Positions 27,534 through 43,215 of a stretch of 64,000 bases of DNA are shown here, piece after piece. The notes beneath the pieces are model-generated. The model had not been told where the DNA came from and did not search any database. It was given only the letters and a program-made list of their open reading frames with translations. Both the position numbers and the translations under genes were made by a program. The first letter of the stretch is position 1; the number at the start of each line of letters is the position of its first letter. Source of the stretch: the human T2T-CHM13v2.0 reference genome, Homo sapiens; assembly GCF_009914755.1 (NCBI RefSeq), contig NC_060931.1. One strand, given 5' to 3'.

Positions 27534-29106
27534 ACCAATAACAGACAGCCAAATCATGAGTGAACTCTCATTCACAATTGCTTCAAAGAGAATAAAATAC
27601 CTAGGAATACAACTTACAAGGGATGTGAAGGAGCTCTTTAAGGAGAATTACAAACCACTGCTCAACAAAATAAGAGGACACAAACAAATGGAAGAACATT
27701 CCATGCTCGTGGATACAAAGAATATCATGAAAATGGCCATACCACCCAAGGTAATTTATAGATTCAGTGCCATCCCCATCAAACTACCAATGACTTTCTT
27801 CACAGAATTGGAAAAAACTACTTTGAAGTTCATATGGAACCAAAAAAGAGCCTGCATTGCCAAGACAATCCTAAGCCAAAAGAACAAAGCTGGAGGCATC
27901 ATGCTACCTGACTTCAAACTATACTATAAGGCTACAGTAACCAAAACAGCATGGTACTGATACCAAAACACAGATATAGATCAATGGAACAAAACAGAGC
28001 CCTCAGAAATAATACCACACATCTACAACCATCTGATCTTTGGCAAACCTGACAAAAACAAGCAATGGGAAAAGGATTTCCTATTTAATAAATGGTGCTG
28101 GGAAAACTGGCTAGCCATATGTAGAAAGCTGAAACTGGATCCCTTCCTTACACCTTATACAAAAATTAATTCGAGATGGATTAAAGACTTAAATGTCAGA
28201 CCTAAAGCCATAAAAACCCTGGAAGAAAACCTAGGCAATACCATTCAGGACCTAGGCATGGGCAAGGACTTCATGTCTAAAACACCAAAAGCAATGGCAA
28301 CAAAAGCCAAAATTGACAAATGGGATCTACTTAAAGAGCTTCTGCACAGCAAAAGAAACTACCATCAGAGTGAACAGGCAACCTACAGAATGGGAGAAAA
28401 TTTTTGCAATCTACCCATCTGACAAAGGGCTAATATCCAGAATCTACAAAGAACTCAAACAAATTTACAAGAAAAAAACAACTCCATCAAAAAGTGGGCA
28501 AAGGATATGAACAGACACTTCTCAAAAGAAGACATTTATGCAGCCAACAGATACATGAAAAAATGCTTGTCATCACTGGCCATCAGAGAAATGCAAATCA
28601 AAACCACAATGAGATACCATCTCACACCAGTTAGAATGGTGATCATTAAAAAGTCAGGAAACAACAGGTGCTGGAGAGGATGTGGAGAAATAGGAACACT
28701 TTTACACTGTTGGTGGGACTGTAAACTAGTTCAACCATTGTGGAAGTCAGTGTGGCGATTCCTCAGGGATCTAATACTAGAAATACCATTTGACCCAGCC
28801 ATCCCATTACAGGGTATATACCCAAAGGATTATAAATCATGCTGCTACAAAGACACATGCACACGTAATTTTATTGAGGCACTATTCACAATAGCAAAGA
28901 CTTGGAACCAACCCAAATGTCCATCGATAGACTGGATTAAGAAAATGTGGCACATATACACCATGGAATACTATGCAGCCATAAAAAAGGATGAGTTCAT
29001 GTCTTTTGTAGGGACGTGGATGAAGCTGGAAACCATCATTCTGAGCAAACTATCACAAGGACAGAAAACCAAACACTGCGTGTTCTCACTCATAGGTGGG
29101 AATTGA
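27534..29106 (+). pseudogene. Disrupted L1 ORF2p C-terminal remnant
   Basis: ORFs 27523-27960, 28313-28510, 28507-29106 give [37 protein letters not shown] (CCHC) with a premature TGA at 27958-27960 and frameshifts. Confidence 0.92.
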
Positions 29107-29323
29107 ACAATGAGAACACTTGGACACAGGGTGGGGAACATCACACGCTGGGGCCTGTTGTGGGGTGAGGGGAGGGGGAGGGGGGAGGGATAGCATTAGG
29201 AGATATACCTAATGTAAATGACGAGTTAATGGGTGCAGCACACCAACATGGCACATGTATACATATGTAACAAACCTGCACGTTGTGCACATGTGCCCTA
29301 GAACTTAAAGTATAATAATAAAA
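27534..29323 (+). mobile_element. 5'-truncated L1PA (L1PA4/5-like), 1.8 kb
   Basis: High similarity to primate L1 ORF2 3' part and 3'UTR; TSD AAATTAATGAGTGTTGT (27517-27533) / AAATTAGTGAGTATTGT (29324-29340). Confidence 0.95.
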
Positions 29324-29579
29324 AAATTAGTGAGTATTGTTATCCTTGGCAATCACTGGTTTCATAAAACCCTTAATAATTTAAAATGAGAATGTCTGCT
29401 TCTTTCCCCATTTCCTTACAACAATTTCACATTTTGGAAGCTTCCTGCTTTGTCAAAATGTGCTTTGTAGAAGTACCTTAACACAGAGGATGTGGAAACC
29501 TTGGATATGAAGCAGGAAGGGGATCACGTTCACTACTGTCCTGCAGTCATATCCAGTGTGGCTGTAAAAGAGACATGCT

Positions 29580-29964
<385 letters not shown>

Positions 29965-30109
29965 TCATTCCAGATCTTCTCCAACCTCAGCACCTAGTGC
30001 AGTGCCTGGCATATTCTAAGTACTCAGCACATTTTTTGCTATAACTAACGTGATATAAAATAAGAGATTTCTTAGATGGTTCCTCAGAATCTAGCCTTTT
30101 CCTCCTTCT

Positions 30110-30630
30110 CAATAGCCCACGGTTTTAGCTGTGTGATTTAGGTTAGACAGACACCACTGTCAGCTCCTAAGTTAGAACGTAACTGCCTTAAGAAAACATG
30201 TCCCCTTCCCTTGACTGCAGGGGTTGGTTGAGGCATTTGTGTCAAGTCAAGCCAAAGGGTCCCATAAAATTTAAAATCTAGATTTTTTTTTTTGTTTGAA
30301 TTCTTCATGCAGCAGACTTTTTTGAACTTTAAACCTGGGACTGTGTAGCTCAGGAAAATGCAAAAGCGATTTTAGGGTCTCCAGAGGGGAACCTAACAAA
30401 AATGGAACCCATATTGAGGAGGCAGGACAAAAAAATTGAGAGAGTTTTCAGTTGGGTCCAGTTTACATCCTTTTTTTTTTTTAAGCCACTGAAAAAGACT
30501 TGCCTAAAGCCTAATTATCTTGGGACTTTCAATTCGCTTTGGCAATCAGTTCTCTTTGTAGTTTGACCGTGTAAGCTGGGTTTTGTTTTGTTTTGTTTTG
30601 TTTTTAAATTTTCAATCAAAAGCATCCTAT
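30110..30630 (+). mobile_element. Old MLT1-like LTR
   Basis: Degenerate MLT1K/L-like motifs (CAAGCCAAAG, TTAAGC..GTAAGCTGGGTTTT..CAATCAAAAGCATCCTA). Confidence 0.35.
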
Positions 30631-32029
30631 TATACCATAGATTCTCTAAAAAGAGAAGGATCTTTCGAGGCCACTGCCTCAGTGTCTGGCAAATGTCCTC
30701 ACTCACACCTCTCCATGTCCCTCAGTGTGCCCAGGAATGGCAGACCCCATGGAGTAAACTCTGCGGTAGGTCCTGCTGTTCTCAAAATCCTGGGAGTGGA
30801 TTCTTCCCAGAGTGTCTTGTGTTGAACCACATTTCACCCATCCTCAGAAGGACCCTCTCCTCCATGAAATAGAATGATAACATGTCTTCTCCTCTTGTTG
30901 GATCCTTTGTGATCAATGGGCCCCACGCAGTTTGCTTTCTTTGGCTAAATGCTGAAAAATGTATTTGCATTTGATTATTGAACATTGGTTAGTTCTCAGT
31001 TATTGACTTAACCAAAAGTCTATCCATATAAACACATGAAATTGATCTTGAGCACTTCAGAATTAAACACATACATACACACAAATCAAAAAAAGAAATA
31101 TAGTGAGGGTATTTAACATTATCAAATTTCAGTAATTTAACAATTACATTTTAGAGAAAATTCTATGACTGTTTCATGCTACTCTTCAGGATAGCACGTA
31201 GTCATGTAGTGGTGTTTATAGAAAAAGTAATTATGTTGTAGGTAAGCCTCATCAAAGCTTATAGAGTTCAGTTCTGTACTTACAATGTCAACTGAATACA
31301 AATAGCAGTAAAACTGAATGGAAGATTCAACCATTCCTCTAAGAATTTATGATTAAAGTTACACAGGCAAATCCAATGAGATATAGCAAATAATTATTTA
31401 ATAAGTTGATAATCTTAAAAAAATTCTTTTCCTACTTCTACTTCTATTTTACTCCATTTGCCTAGGTAGGTAAATTTGTTTCAGCCAGTTATGATAGGAT
31501 TATTAAATTATTTGAGCAGCTATCTTTACTGGAAAGAACACTGTACCAGTCTGTATTGTTTAAATTCACTGGTCACATATTAGGATTCTATAGTGATTAT
31601 TTTTTCGTGATAGTGTATGTGTGATCTCAATATACAGTGTTAATTCTGTGTAGTGAGTGCTTCTAGCCCTCCAAGGGCTGAGTATAAGCCAAGGAACTGA
31701 ATAAAATATCCAGAAGGGGAAAATTAGTAAAAAATCTTTAGATGATCTCTTAGGTGACTGTAATTTTGCTCTTCAAAAAAATATCTTAACGAAAGAAGAT
31801 AATTAGACTTAGCCATAAAATTGTCAGTGCTTAAGTCAGCCCCTAACTTAGATATACCCTTGTAAACATTACCTCTGAATCAGCTAGCCAGTTTTTATGC
31901 ATTTGCTCTGTCTGAAATTTAATCAGGTACCCTCTCTCTTGATGGGCGTTCCTTCTGTGGTTCACACACACCCAGCGATCTCTCTTTAAACTGATTTCTT
32001 ATTTTTTTCCTCTTTCATTTTCACCTTAT

Positions 32030-32765
32030 TTTCATCAGTTCTGATCTGTCTTTCCTCTGATATGTTGCATTCTACATGTGCCAAAAACCTGGGGTAGGAC
32101 ATTGTTCAAGATGGACATGATCATTCCCTTATGGCCCTTACCATCTAGAGGGGATAACCAAATGTTTAATGGGCAACGACAACTCGGTGCAATAAGATCT
32201 ACAAAGGGGAGCACAGAGCATAGATATCGAGCCTGCATTTTGGGGTCAGAATTGACATTTCAGAAATGGAAACCTTTAAGGTTTGGAGAATGGCAAAGTC
32301 TTATCCAGGAAAAAGTGCTGGAGAAGCATGGGTTCAAGGTAGTGGGGACACAAAGATTAATTTCCAGAATTAAGACAGTGTGTATTTGATTTGAAGAATT
32401 AGAGAAAACTCAGTATCACTGGGATGTAAAACGAGATCAGGAGAGCAAAATAGACAGCTGCAGGGTAAGCAATAACCAGATAATCCACATCTTGTAAAAA
32501 AAAAACAAAAAAAAAAACACAGTTGGGCCTTTGCTAAGAACAATGGAAAAACTTTGTATGGTTTAAGTAAGAAAATGTCAAGAGTAAATTTTTAATTTAG
32601 AAATAATCATCTAGTCCTGAGCACTGAGAATGGATCAGAGCAGACCAGGTAAGGGACTCATGCATTATTATAGGTAAGAAACAGCCAGAAAAGTAAATAG
32701 AGTTTGGACTTGATGAGTTTGAAGTGGCTCTGGACCATTTAAATGTAGATGTTTGGCAAGGAGCT
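32030..32765 (-). mobile_element. L2 fragment
   Basis: CTACATGTGCCA..CTGGGGTAGG, GCAATGGAAAA..GGTTTAAG, GATGAGTTTGAAGTG. Confidence 0.55.
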
Positions 32766-32768
32766 ACA

Positions 32769-33091
32769 TAGTCATGCACCACAACGATAGATCGCATCAA
32801 CAACGGTGGTCCCATAAGATTATAATACTATATTTTTACTGGACCTTTTCAAAGTTTAAATACACAAATACCATTGTGTTACAATTGCCTGTAGTATTCA
32901 GTGCAGTATCATGCTGTACAGGTTTGTAGCGTAGGCACCATAGGTGCCGTACATACCATACAGCCTGGGTGCGTAGTAGGGTATACCATCTAGGTTTGTG
33001 GAACCATGCTCTGTGATGTTCACACAACAATGAAATTGCATAACAGTGCATTTCTCAGAATGTATCCCCATCATTGAGCAATGCATGATTG
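32769..33091 (+). mobile_element. Tigger3a (MER7A)-like MITE
   Basis: AGTCATGC..CGGTGGTCCCATAAGATTATAATAC..GCATTTCTCAGAATGTATCCCC..GCATGATTG-TA. Confidence 0.88.
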
Positions 33092-33724
33092 TATATCATA
33101 ACATTACTGTGTATCCCATAATTATATGATAATTTTTTAAAATAAAGTGAATTAAATCTAATGTATCTATCCCTGTTTATAAGATATATACTCTTTTCCA
33201 GTATAAAGGTGTGCAAAGATATTTGAAGTTAAAAACTACATTTTTTCTAACTGCAGTTTTCCAAAGATCTAATATAAACTATGTATACTATGAATGCTAA
33301 GAAACTGTTTATTGATTGATTAACATTGATCAGAGATCCTAGGATCTCATTTAATATTCAGAAAGTAGACAGAATGGGGAGGCATGCTAGATACATATTC
33401 ACCCAAGCGTAGAACACAGGGCAGTGAAAGAAATGAGATGGTGTTTGGTTCAACGTCCCTGAAAGGAAAATCACTGGTAGGTTGGTTCCTTGTGACCCTG
33501 AAATATTGTTCACTTAAAACTGATTCTTTCATTTCAATAAGCCCAAGGATGATTCTTTTAGACTAGAGAAAGAAAAGTGTTCATTTTTCTTTTATGAATC
33601 AGTAACTCACTGAAACTAAATCAATTTTGCATCACAAACAAGCAAAAGTAACTTATTTGATATTTAAGATACAATACAAATATATGTACTATCTAATCAG
33701 TTAAAATGACATACTGTGGAAAGT

Positions 33725-33862
33725 TACAAAAGTGATAGAGAAGGGAGAAAGGAAAGGAAAAAGTTAAAGATACGAAGAAAGTGAGGAAAAGGAGGGAGGA
33801 AAAATGTAAAGGGGAAGGAAAAGAGGATACACAAGGAAAAGGAGAAAGAGACAAAAAAGAGG
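33725..33862. repeat. GA-rich low-complexity tract
   Basis: Purine-rich run. Confidence 0.65.
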
Positions 33863-33882
33863 GCTTCAGAAAATTGTAATAA

Positions 33883-34061
33883 ACATGCGTGTGCAAGTAT
33901 CCTTTTCAAATAATGACTTCTTTTCCTCTGGGTAGATACCCAGTAATGGGATTGCTGGATCAAATGGTGGCTCTACTTTTAGTTCCTTAAGGAATCTCCA
34001 CACTGTGTACCCTAATAGCTTATGGAAAAAAAAATCTTAAAACTCATCACACACACAGAAA
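33883..34061 (+). mobile_element. L1PB-type mini-insertion with 5' inversion
   Basis: Inverted L1 segment 33883-34005, sense 3' terminus and A-tail; perfect TSD AGAAAATTGTAATAA (33868-33882, 34062-34076). Confidence 0.85.
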
Positions 34062-34157
34062 AGAAAATTGTAATAATAATTACAAGCATAATTTCTAAGT
34101 TACTTCCTTTGGAAGAATTTTCACCTTGATCATTTGTTTTCCATGCTAGAACGGGAG

Positions 34158-34484
34158 TTTTTTTTTTTTTTTAACAATTAAAAATTTTTATTTTATTTTA
34201 AATTGTCAATTTATATATATTTTTTACTTTAAGTTCTGGGATAATGTGCTGAACGTGCAGGTTTGTTACATAGATTATACGTGTGTGATGGTGGTTTGCT
34301 GTGCCTATCAAGCTGTCATCTAGGTTTTAAGCCCCGCCTGTATTAGGTATTTGTCCTAATGCTCTTCCTCCCCTTTCCCTCTATCCCCCAACAGGCCCCG
34401 GTGTGTGATGTTCCCCTTCCTGTGTCCATGTGTTCTTATTGTTCAGCTCTCACTTATGAGTGAGAACATGCAGAGTTTGGTTTT
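34158..34484 (-). mobile_element. L1PA8-like 3' end
   Basis: CATCTAGGTTTTAAGCCCCGC signature; TSD CTAGAACGGGAGTT / CTAGAACAGGGGTT. Confidence 0.9.
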
Positions 34485-35240
34485 CTAGAACAGGGGTTCT
34501 TATTCGCATTTTACAGAGGAGAAAATTCATCAAGTCAGTAGCACAACTGGAGTTGAGATCCTTGTCTCTTTATTTCCAGTCCTCTCTGCTGATATGGTGT
34601 TTAATGGATGTAAATGACACTTGTTCTGCAGTTCCCTTGGTTTGAATGTCTCCGAGTAAGTTGTCACCTGTTATTTCTACTCTTTGAAATTCTGATTACA
34701 GTGCCTCTGGTGGCATAGAGCCACATCTTACATGAGAAAACAGCTTGTCAGTTTTTATTTCCAAACCTTTAAGTTTATTTTTGAAATAAATGTTTACTTC
34801 CCCATGGGCTTCTGAATCTTTTGCAGGTGTGTGAAGGAATGATTCGGGCTTTAGCAAATTGCTTTGGAACATTAAAGATATCTCTCAATTTACTAGCTAT
34901 CACCTGTAGTCCCATTGGCATAGAAAACTGTCAGATTGTTTTATTTTATTCTTTCAGTGGTCAGATTGTTTTCATTATAGAAAAGTAAAAAGTTTACATT
35001 TATAATTGGAGTCTATTTGCTTTGAGATGAAATATTTTTTTCCCTTTACGTATTTAAAAAATCTAAGCCAGAGGTCATATTCAAAAATTTAATAAGAAGT
35101 GTGGAGGGGGAAACACCGATTGGAATAAATGCCCATCCCTACCGGCATATGGGCTAAAAATATCCACTCTTTTCTAATTCCTATTGGGAATAATACAGAA
35201 ATCTCAAATCCTAGGTACTCTCCATTAAGAAAATCCTTCA

Positions 35241-35538
<298 letters not shown>

Positions 35539-35694
35539 AAGAAAATCCCTTTAGGAATAAACAGTATTAACTGCACTCTTAACTAGTCTTACTACTTCAT
35601 CTGTCTTACTCTGTCAAGCAGACTTGAGAGAAAATAATGAAGTGGAAGAGGGAAGCAGAGGAGAGAGGCAGAGAAAAACAAATACTTGAGTTAT

Positions 35695-36053
35695 TGTATT
35701 AGTTTGTTCTCATGCTGCTAATAAACACATACCCAAGACTGGGTAATTTCGAAAGGAAAGAGGTTTAATGGACTCACAGTTCCACGTGGCTGGGAGGCCT
35801 CATAATTGTGGGGGAAGGTGAAGGGGAAGCAAGATACGTCTTACACGGCAGCAGGCAAGAGGGTGTGTGCAGGGGGAGCTGCTCTTTTATAAAACCATCA
35901 GATTTCGGGAGACTTATTCACTGTCCCAAGGACAGCATGGGAAAAACCCACCCCCATGATTCAATTATCTCCCACGGGTCCCTCCCATGGCATGTGGGGA
36001 TTATTACAATTCAAGGTGAGATTTGGGTGGGGACACTGAGCCAAACCATATCA
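35695..36053 (-). mobile_element. THE1B/C-like solo LTR
   Basis: TGTATTAG...CCATATCA; TSD GTTAT/GTTAA. Confidence 0.93.
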
Positions 36054-36154
36054 GTTAAGCTATTTTCTATTTTCGGTTTTAGCATTTCCAAATCCAGGGT
36101 ACTTTGCTGACCTTGAATTCTGTGAGAACTGTTGAGCCCTTATGATAACTTCCT

Positions 36155-36680
36155 GCCTCCTTTTTTTATAATCAAAATTTTGAATATGAAGTTACGTACA
36201 GAAAAGTACACATGTCAATCAAATTTACAAAATAAACCCACCCATGTAACCACTATCCAGATCAAGACAAAGAGTGTTATTCAGAAACCCTGGCTATGCC
36301 TCTTCCTGCCAATTGTCCCCATTTTCCTTGTCAAAGGTAAGCATTATCCTGACTTCTAACATCATAGATTAGTTTTGCCTATTTTTGAATTTCATTTCAG
36401 TGGAATCGTAGAGTGTGTCTTTTTTATGCCTGGCTACCTTTGCTTAAAGCTATGCTTGTGAGAATCATCCACATTGTTGCATGTAGTGGAGCTGCCTTCA
36501 TTTTTATTTCTATATTGAATTCCATTGTATCAATATACTGTAATAGATAATTGTCCATTCTACTGTTGATAGACATTTAGTTTGTTTCCAGTTTTGGGCC
36601 CTTAAGAATAATGCTGCGGTGAACATTCTTGAACATGTCTTTAGTATATGTGTATTCACATTTCTGTTGGATATATAACT
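36155..36680 (-). mobile_element. L1ME-type 3' end (resumes ~38901)
   Basis: ACCCATGTAACCACTATCCAGATCAAGA, CCTGACTTCTAACATCATAGATTAGTTTTGCC, AATGCTGCGGTGAACATTCTTG. Confidence 0.75.
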
Positions 36681-36728
36681 TGGCAAAATAAAACATTTCT
36701 GAAATTTTCATTGTTCCTGTAAAGTTCT

Positions 36729-37031
<303 letters not shown>

Positions 37032-37050
37032 CTAGCCACAGAAACAAATA

Positions 37051-38312
37051 TAGTCACGTGCCGCTTAATCAATGTTTTGCTCAATGACAAGCCGCATATA
37101 TGATGATGGTCCCATGAGATTATAATGGAGCTGAAAAGTTCCTATAGCCCAGTGACATCTTAGCCATTGTAAGGTCATAGCACAATGCATTCATTACTCG
37201 TGTTTGTTGTGATGCTGGTGGAAACAAATCTGTGCTGCTGGTCATATAAACATATGGCACATACAGTTATGTGTTATATACAATACTTGATAATAATAAA
37301 TGACTATTACTGGTTTATGTATTTACTTCTTTTATTTTTAATTTTGTTGTTATTATTATTATTTTTTTGAGACAGTCTTGCTCTGTTGCCCAGGCTGGAG
37401 TGCTGTGATATGCTATTGACTTACCACAACCTCTGCTTCCAGGGCTCACGTGGTCCTCCCACCTCAGCCTCCTGAGTAGCTGTGATTTTTTGTGGTGATG
37501 AAGTTTTGCCATGTTGCCTAGGCTGATCTCAAACTCCTAGACTCAAGCCATTGGCTTGCCTCAGAGTCCCAAAGTGCTGAGATTACAGGTGTGACCCAAC
37601 GCGCCTGGCCTGTACTTTACTTCTTATTGTATTTTAGAGTGTACTCCTTCTACTTATAAAAACAAAAAGTTAACTGTACAACAGTCTCAGGTGGGTCCTT
37701 CGGGAGGGATTCCAGAAGAAGGCATTGTTATCCTAGGAGATGGCAGCTCCATGCATGTTACTGCTCCTGAAGACCTTCATGGGACACGATGTGGAGGTGG
37801 GGGACACAGTGACATGGATAATCTTGAGCCTCTGTAAGCTTTGGGTAATGTGTGTGTGTGTGCGCCTTGGTTTTTAACAAAAAAGTTTTAAGAGTAAAAA
37901 ATAAGAAAAATTTAAAATAGAAAAAAGTTTATAGAATGAGGATATAAAGGAAGAAAATAATTTTGTACAGCTATGTAATGTGTGTTCTAAGTGTTACCAC
38001 AAATAGGCCAAACTTTTTAAAAAAAAGTTAAAAGTTTATGCAGTAAAAATGTTCCAGTAAGTTAAGGTTAATTTATTATTGAAGAAAGAAAATTTAAAAA
38101 ATAAATTTATAGTAGTGTAAATGTACAGTAGTTTTGAAGTCTACAGTAGGTTTGCAGCTTAGGAGCAATAGGCTATACCATCTAGCCTAGGTGTGTAGTG
38201 GTCTGTACCATCTAGGTTTGTGTGAGTACACGTATGATGTTCGCATAAGGACAAAATAGTCTAATGATGCATTTCTCAGAATGTGTACTCATGGTTAAAT
38301 GATGCATGACTG
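37051..38312 (+). mobile_element. Tigger3b-like DNA transposon, interrupted by AluJ
   Basis: TA at both flanks; TGGTCCCATGAGATTATAATGGAGCTGAAAA, CCAGAAGAAGGCATTGTTATC, GCATTTCTCAGAATG..GCATGACTG. Confidence 0.9.
37330..37610 (-). mobile_element. AluJ with internal deletion
   Basis: Diverged reverse Alu missing part of right arm/linker. Confidence 0.88.
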
Positions 38313-38962
38313 TACACTATAAAGTTAGAGAATTTTGCTTCCACATTTCTTCGAAATACCTTCACATACTATGAAGATTAGATCTGTAGCCATAAATTTC
38401 CCTAACGAAGGAGTTAATTGCTCTGATCCCAAAGATGATAAAACATCTCTTATCTCCCCTAAAGCTAAAGGGATAGGCATCTAGGTTAGCTTTGCACCTG
38501 AAAAATCTGTAGCCTTATCCATTTAGACATTTGCATTTCAGGGAGGAATGAGACCCTCCTCAAGCCTCCTAAAGCCAAGACTCTCTGGCCATTGGGCTCC
38601 TGGAGAGGTTTTATTTACATACTAAAGATCTGAAATCCAGAGGAGACACTTTCAGAAGGAGAGAGAAAAATTATTTCTCCCTTATCCCTAGTTTATGGAG
38701 AACCTTGCCACTGTGTATGAAGAATTTCCATGGCTTCATTGCAGGATCCCAGGTGAAAGGCCAGGGGTAAGGCAGACAGAGTAGACCACACGCATTATTT
38801 ATGGTGAGATAACAATTAAGAAATCTATTTCTGACCCAGAACCCTTCATGTATGCATTCAGGGTAAAATTAATAAAAATGAATATTAAAACCCACTAACT
38901 AGGACTTAAATTGCTGCATCTTAAGGTATGTATATACTTAACCTTAGCAAATAGTTCCAAAC

Positions 38963-39556
<594 letters not shown>

Positions 39557-42073
39557 CCAAACCAGTTTTCGAAGTAGTCGTCTCAATTTCCACCCTCAGC
39601 AGCAGTTTTTGAGAGATCAGATGTGCTCAACAACGCTCACTGTTGCCAGTCATTTTTAATGGTAACTATTCTGGTGGTTCTGTTAACTTCTCTCTTTGTG
39701 GCTTTGATTTGTGTTTTTTCAGATGACCGATAAGTTGATGACTTTTTAAATATGTTTCTTGGTACTTGGATTTTCCCATTTTTCATAGTGCAATTTAGGA
39801 TTTTTGCTGACTTTCCTATTGAATTTCTTCTTCTTACCCACTTGTGCCTTGAAATTATAGGCATTCTTTATATATTCTTTATACACGCATGAGCCTTGAC
39901 TACGAGCTCTTTTGAAGTTGTAAGTATCACAAATACCTTTTTCCACACTGGCTTATTTTTCTTTCAGTTTATGGCTAGCTGAAGCTCCCAGTTTTAATGT
40001 AGTATCATTTTTTAATCTTCCTTTATGATTAGTGCTTTTAAAAAAATATTGCCCTGTCTTAAGGTCATGAAGGTAGTCCCACATGTTATTTAGAAGCTTT
40101 AATATTTCCTTTAATATGGTGATCTACAGATCACCTGGAAATAATTTTTGTGTTAGAGGTCAAGATTCATTTGTCTTTTTTTTTACTCATATAGATGTCT
40201 AATTGACCTGGCAATTAAAGGATATTCAAAAGAAATATCCATTCTTCACTGTTTGCTTTGTAATGCCATCTTTATCATAAATTTTATATATCTGCAGGTC
40301 TCTTTTGGACTCTCTATTTTGTTCTATTGGTCTACTTGTCATTCTTCTATAAGTACTGTATCTTTTGTAATAAGTGGATATTAATAAATACATAAAATAC
40401 ATGGTGAGATATTTTGCTAGAATGCATTGAAATATGGGCCAATCTTGGGAGAATTGGTATCACGGCAAATTGAATGTTTCAACTCCAGAACATGGCACAT
40501 AATCTTCATTTTCACCTTTAAGATATTTTAAAAACTTAATTTCCTGTTTTTTCAAATAATTACAATTGATTTTTTACTTGGCCTTTCAATCCAATGGTCT
40601 TGTTACATTTATAACACAGTTAGAGTAACATTAATTATTATGGTTTATATAGAGATACTTAGTTTTTCTATTGTATAATGTGGTCTGACAGTAACAGTTG
40701 ATTTATTTTTATTCTTTTTAGTTTATCTCACTGCTTCAGTCAAGGGAGAAATAATAGTTTAAATTTATTTCCAAGAATCCTTATATTGCTCCCAATTTCA
40801 AGGGGACATCTTTCAATATTTTACTCTTAATATGATTTCTGTTATAGGAATCGTATATTCTTTATCTGATAACTCTTTCTAGAGGGTTATAAATTTTTAA
40901 AAACTATAAATTAGTATGAGATTCTATCAGTAATTTTGCACTTATTGAGCTGATTATGTCTTTTACTTTATTGTGTTAATGTGGCAAATTATTGATGAAT
41001 TTTTAATTATTAAACTGACTTTGCATTGCTTAAATTGCTGGAATAAAACCATCATCATTTTGATGTACTTTCCTTTTTATATATTGTTGGATTTGATTCG
41101 CAATTTTTTAAAAAGATATTTTCATCTTTATGAAATAGATTGACAATATGTGATCTACTTTTGGTAAATTTTCCTTGTATTTCTGGAAAGTGCACAGTTT
41201 GCAGCTCAGACGTTGTAGGTATGCCAATTAGGTCAAGTAGCTTATATCTTTATTTTTGTTGGTGTGTTATTCTATAAATTACTGAGACAAGTGTGATAGT
41301 CTCCCAATATGAATGTGGATTTGTCTATTCTCCTTTTAGTTCTGCCAAGTTTTGCTTCATATGTTTTGAGGCCATGTTATTAGGAAGATACAAATCTAAA
41401 TATTTAATTGTGGTAAATTGACCCTTTTATCCTTAGAAAGTGTAACCCTTAATTTCTAATACTTCTTGCTTTGAAGCCTCCTTCATCTGAGACTGTAGCT
41501 ATGACGGCTCCCTTTTTGTTAGTGCTTTCAAGTTCTATCTTCTGTCTATATTTCAAACCCAGATATTCTCATTGTTGAATAAGTTAATATTCATTTATAT
41601 TTATCCACATATTTACCCATATGTTGCTGTTCCTTCCTTCCCGTATCTCTGAGCTTCCAACTGTGATCATTTTCCTTCTTCCTGAAGAATCCTTTAATAT
41701 TTCCTTTCATGGTGTTCTGCTACAGAGAAATTCTTTCAGTTTTGTTTGTTCGAAATAATTTCATTTTGCATTTATTTCTAAAGGATGCTTTGACTATTCC
41801 ATTTTAATTTGGCAGTTATTTTCCTTCAGTATTTTAAAGATAATTTTCATTGCCTTTTGACTTTCATGGTTTGTATTAAGAAATCATCTGAAGTCCTATT
41901 ACTTCTCCACTGAAGATAAGGCATCTTTTTCTCTCTGCTTGCTTTTAAGATTTTGTCTTAGTTTTAATGTAATGAACTTAGATTGATTATTTTTTTTGGT
42001 GTTATTCCTGCTTGAGGTTCATTGTATATCTTGAACTTGTGGAATATAAATAAATAAATACACGCACACACAG

Positions 42074-42910
<837 letters not shown>

Positions 42911-43069
42911 ATATCTTGCTTTGGAAATTTTTGAAAAAGCTCTAGACTCTGATCCCAAATACTATTCTGTTCTATTCTCTCTCTTTTCTCCTTCTGGAAC
43001 TATAATTACACTTTTCATCCTGTCTTACTTGTACCTTATGCCTGTTTTCTGCATTTTTAATCTTTAAAA

Positions 43070-43215
43070 CAATTTTTTTAATTTTTAAAAATTAAATAAA
43101 GATGGGGGTCCTGCCATGTTGCCCAGGCTGGTCTCAAATTCCTGGGCTCAAGCATTTCTCACACCTTGGCCTTTTAAAGTGCTTGGATTATAGACGTAAG
43201 CCACCATGCCAAGCC
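43070..43215 (-). mobile_element. FLAM / AluJ left monomer
   Basis: Single Alu monomer with CCTGGGCTCAAGC. Confidence 0.85.
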
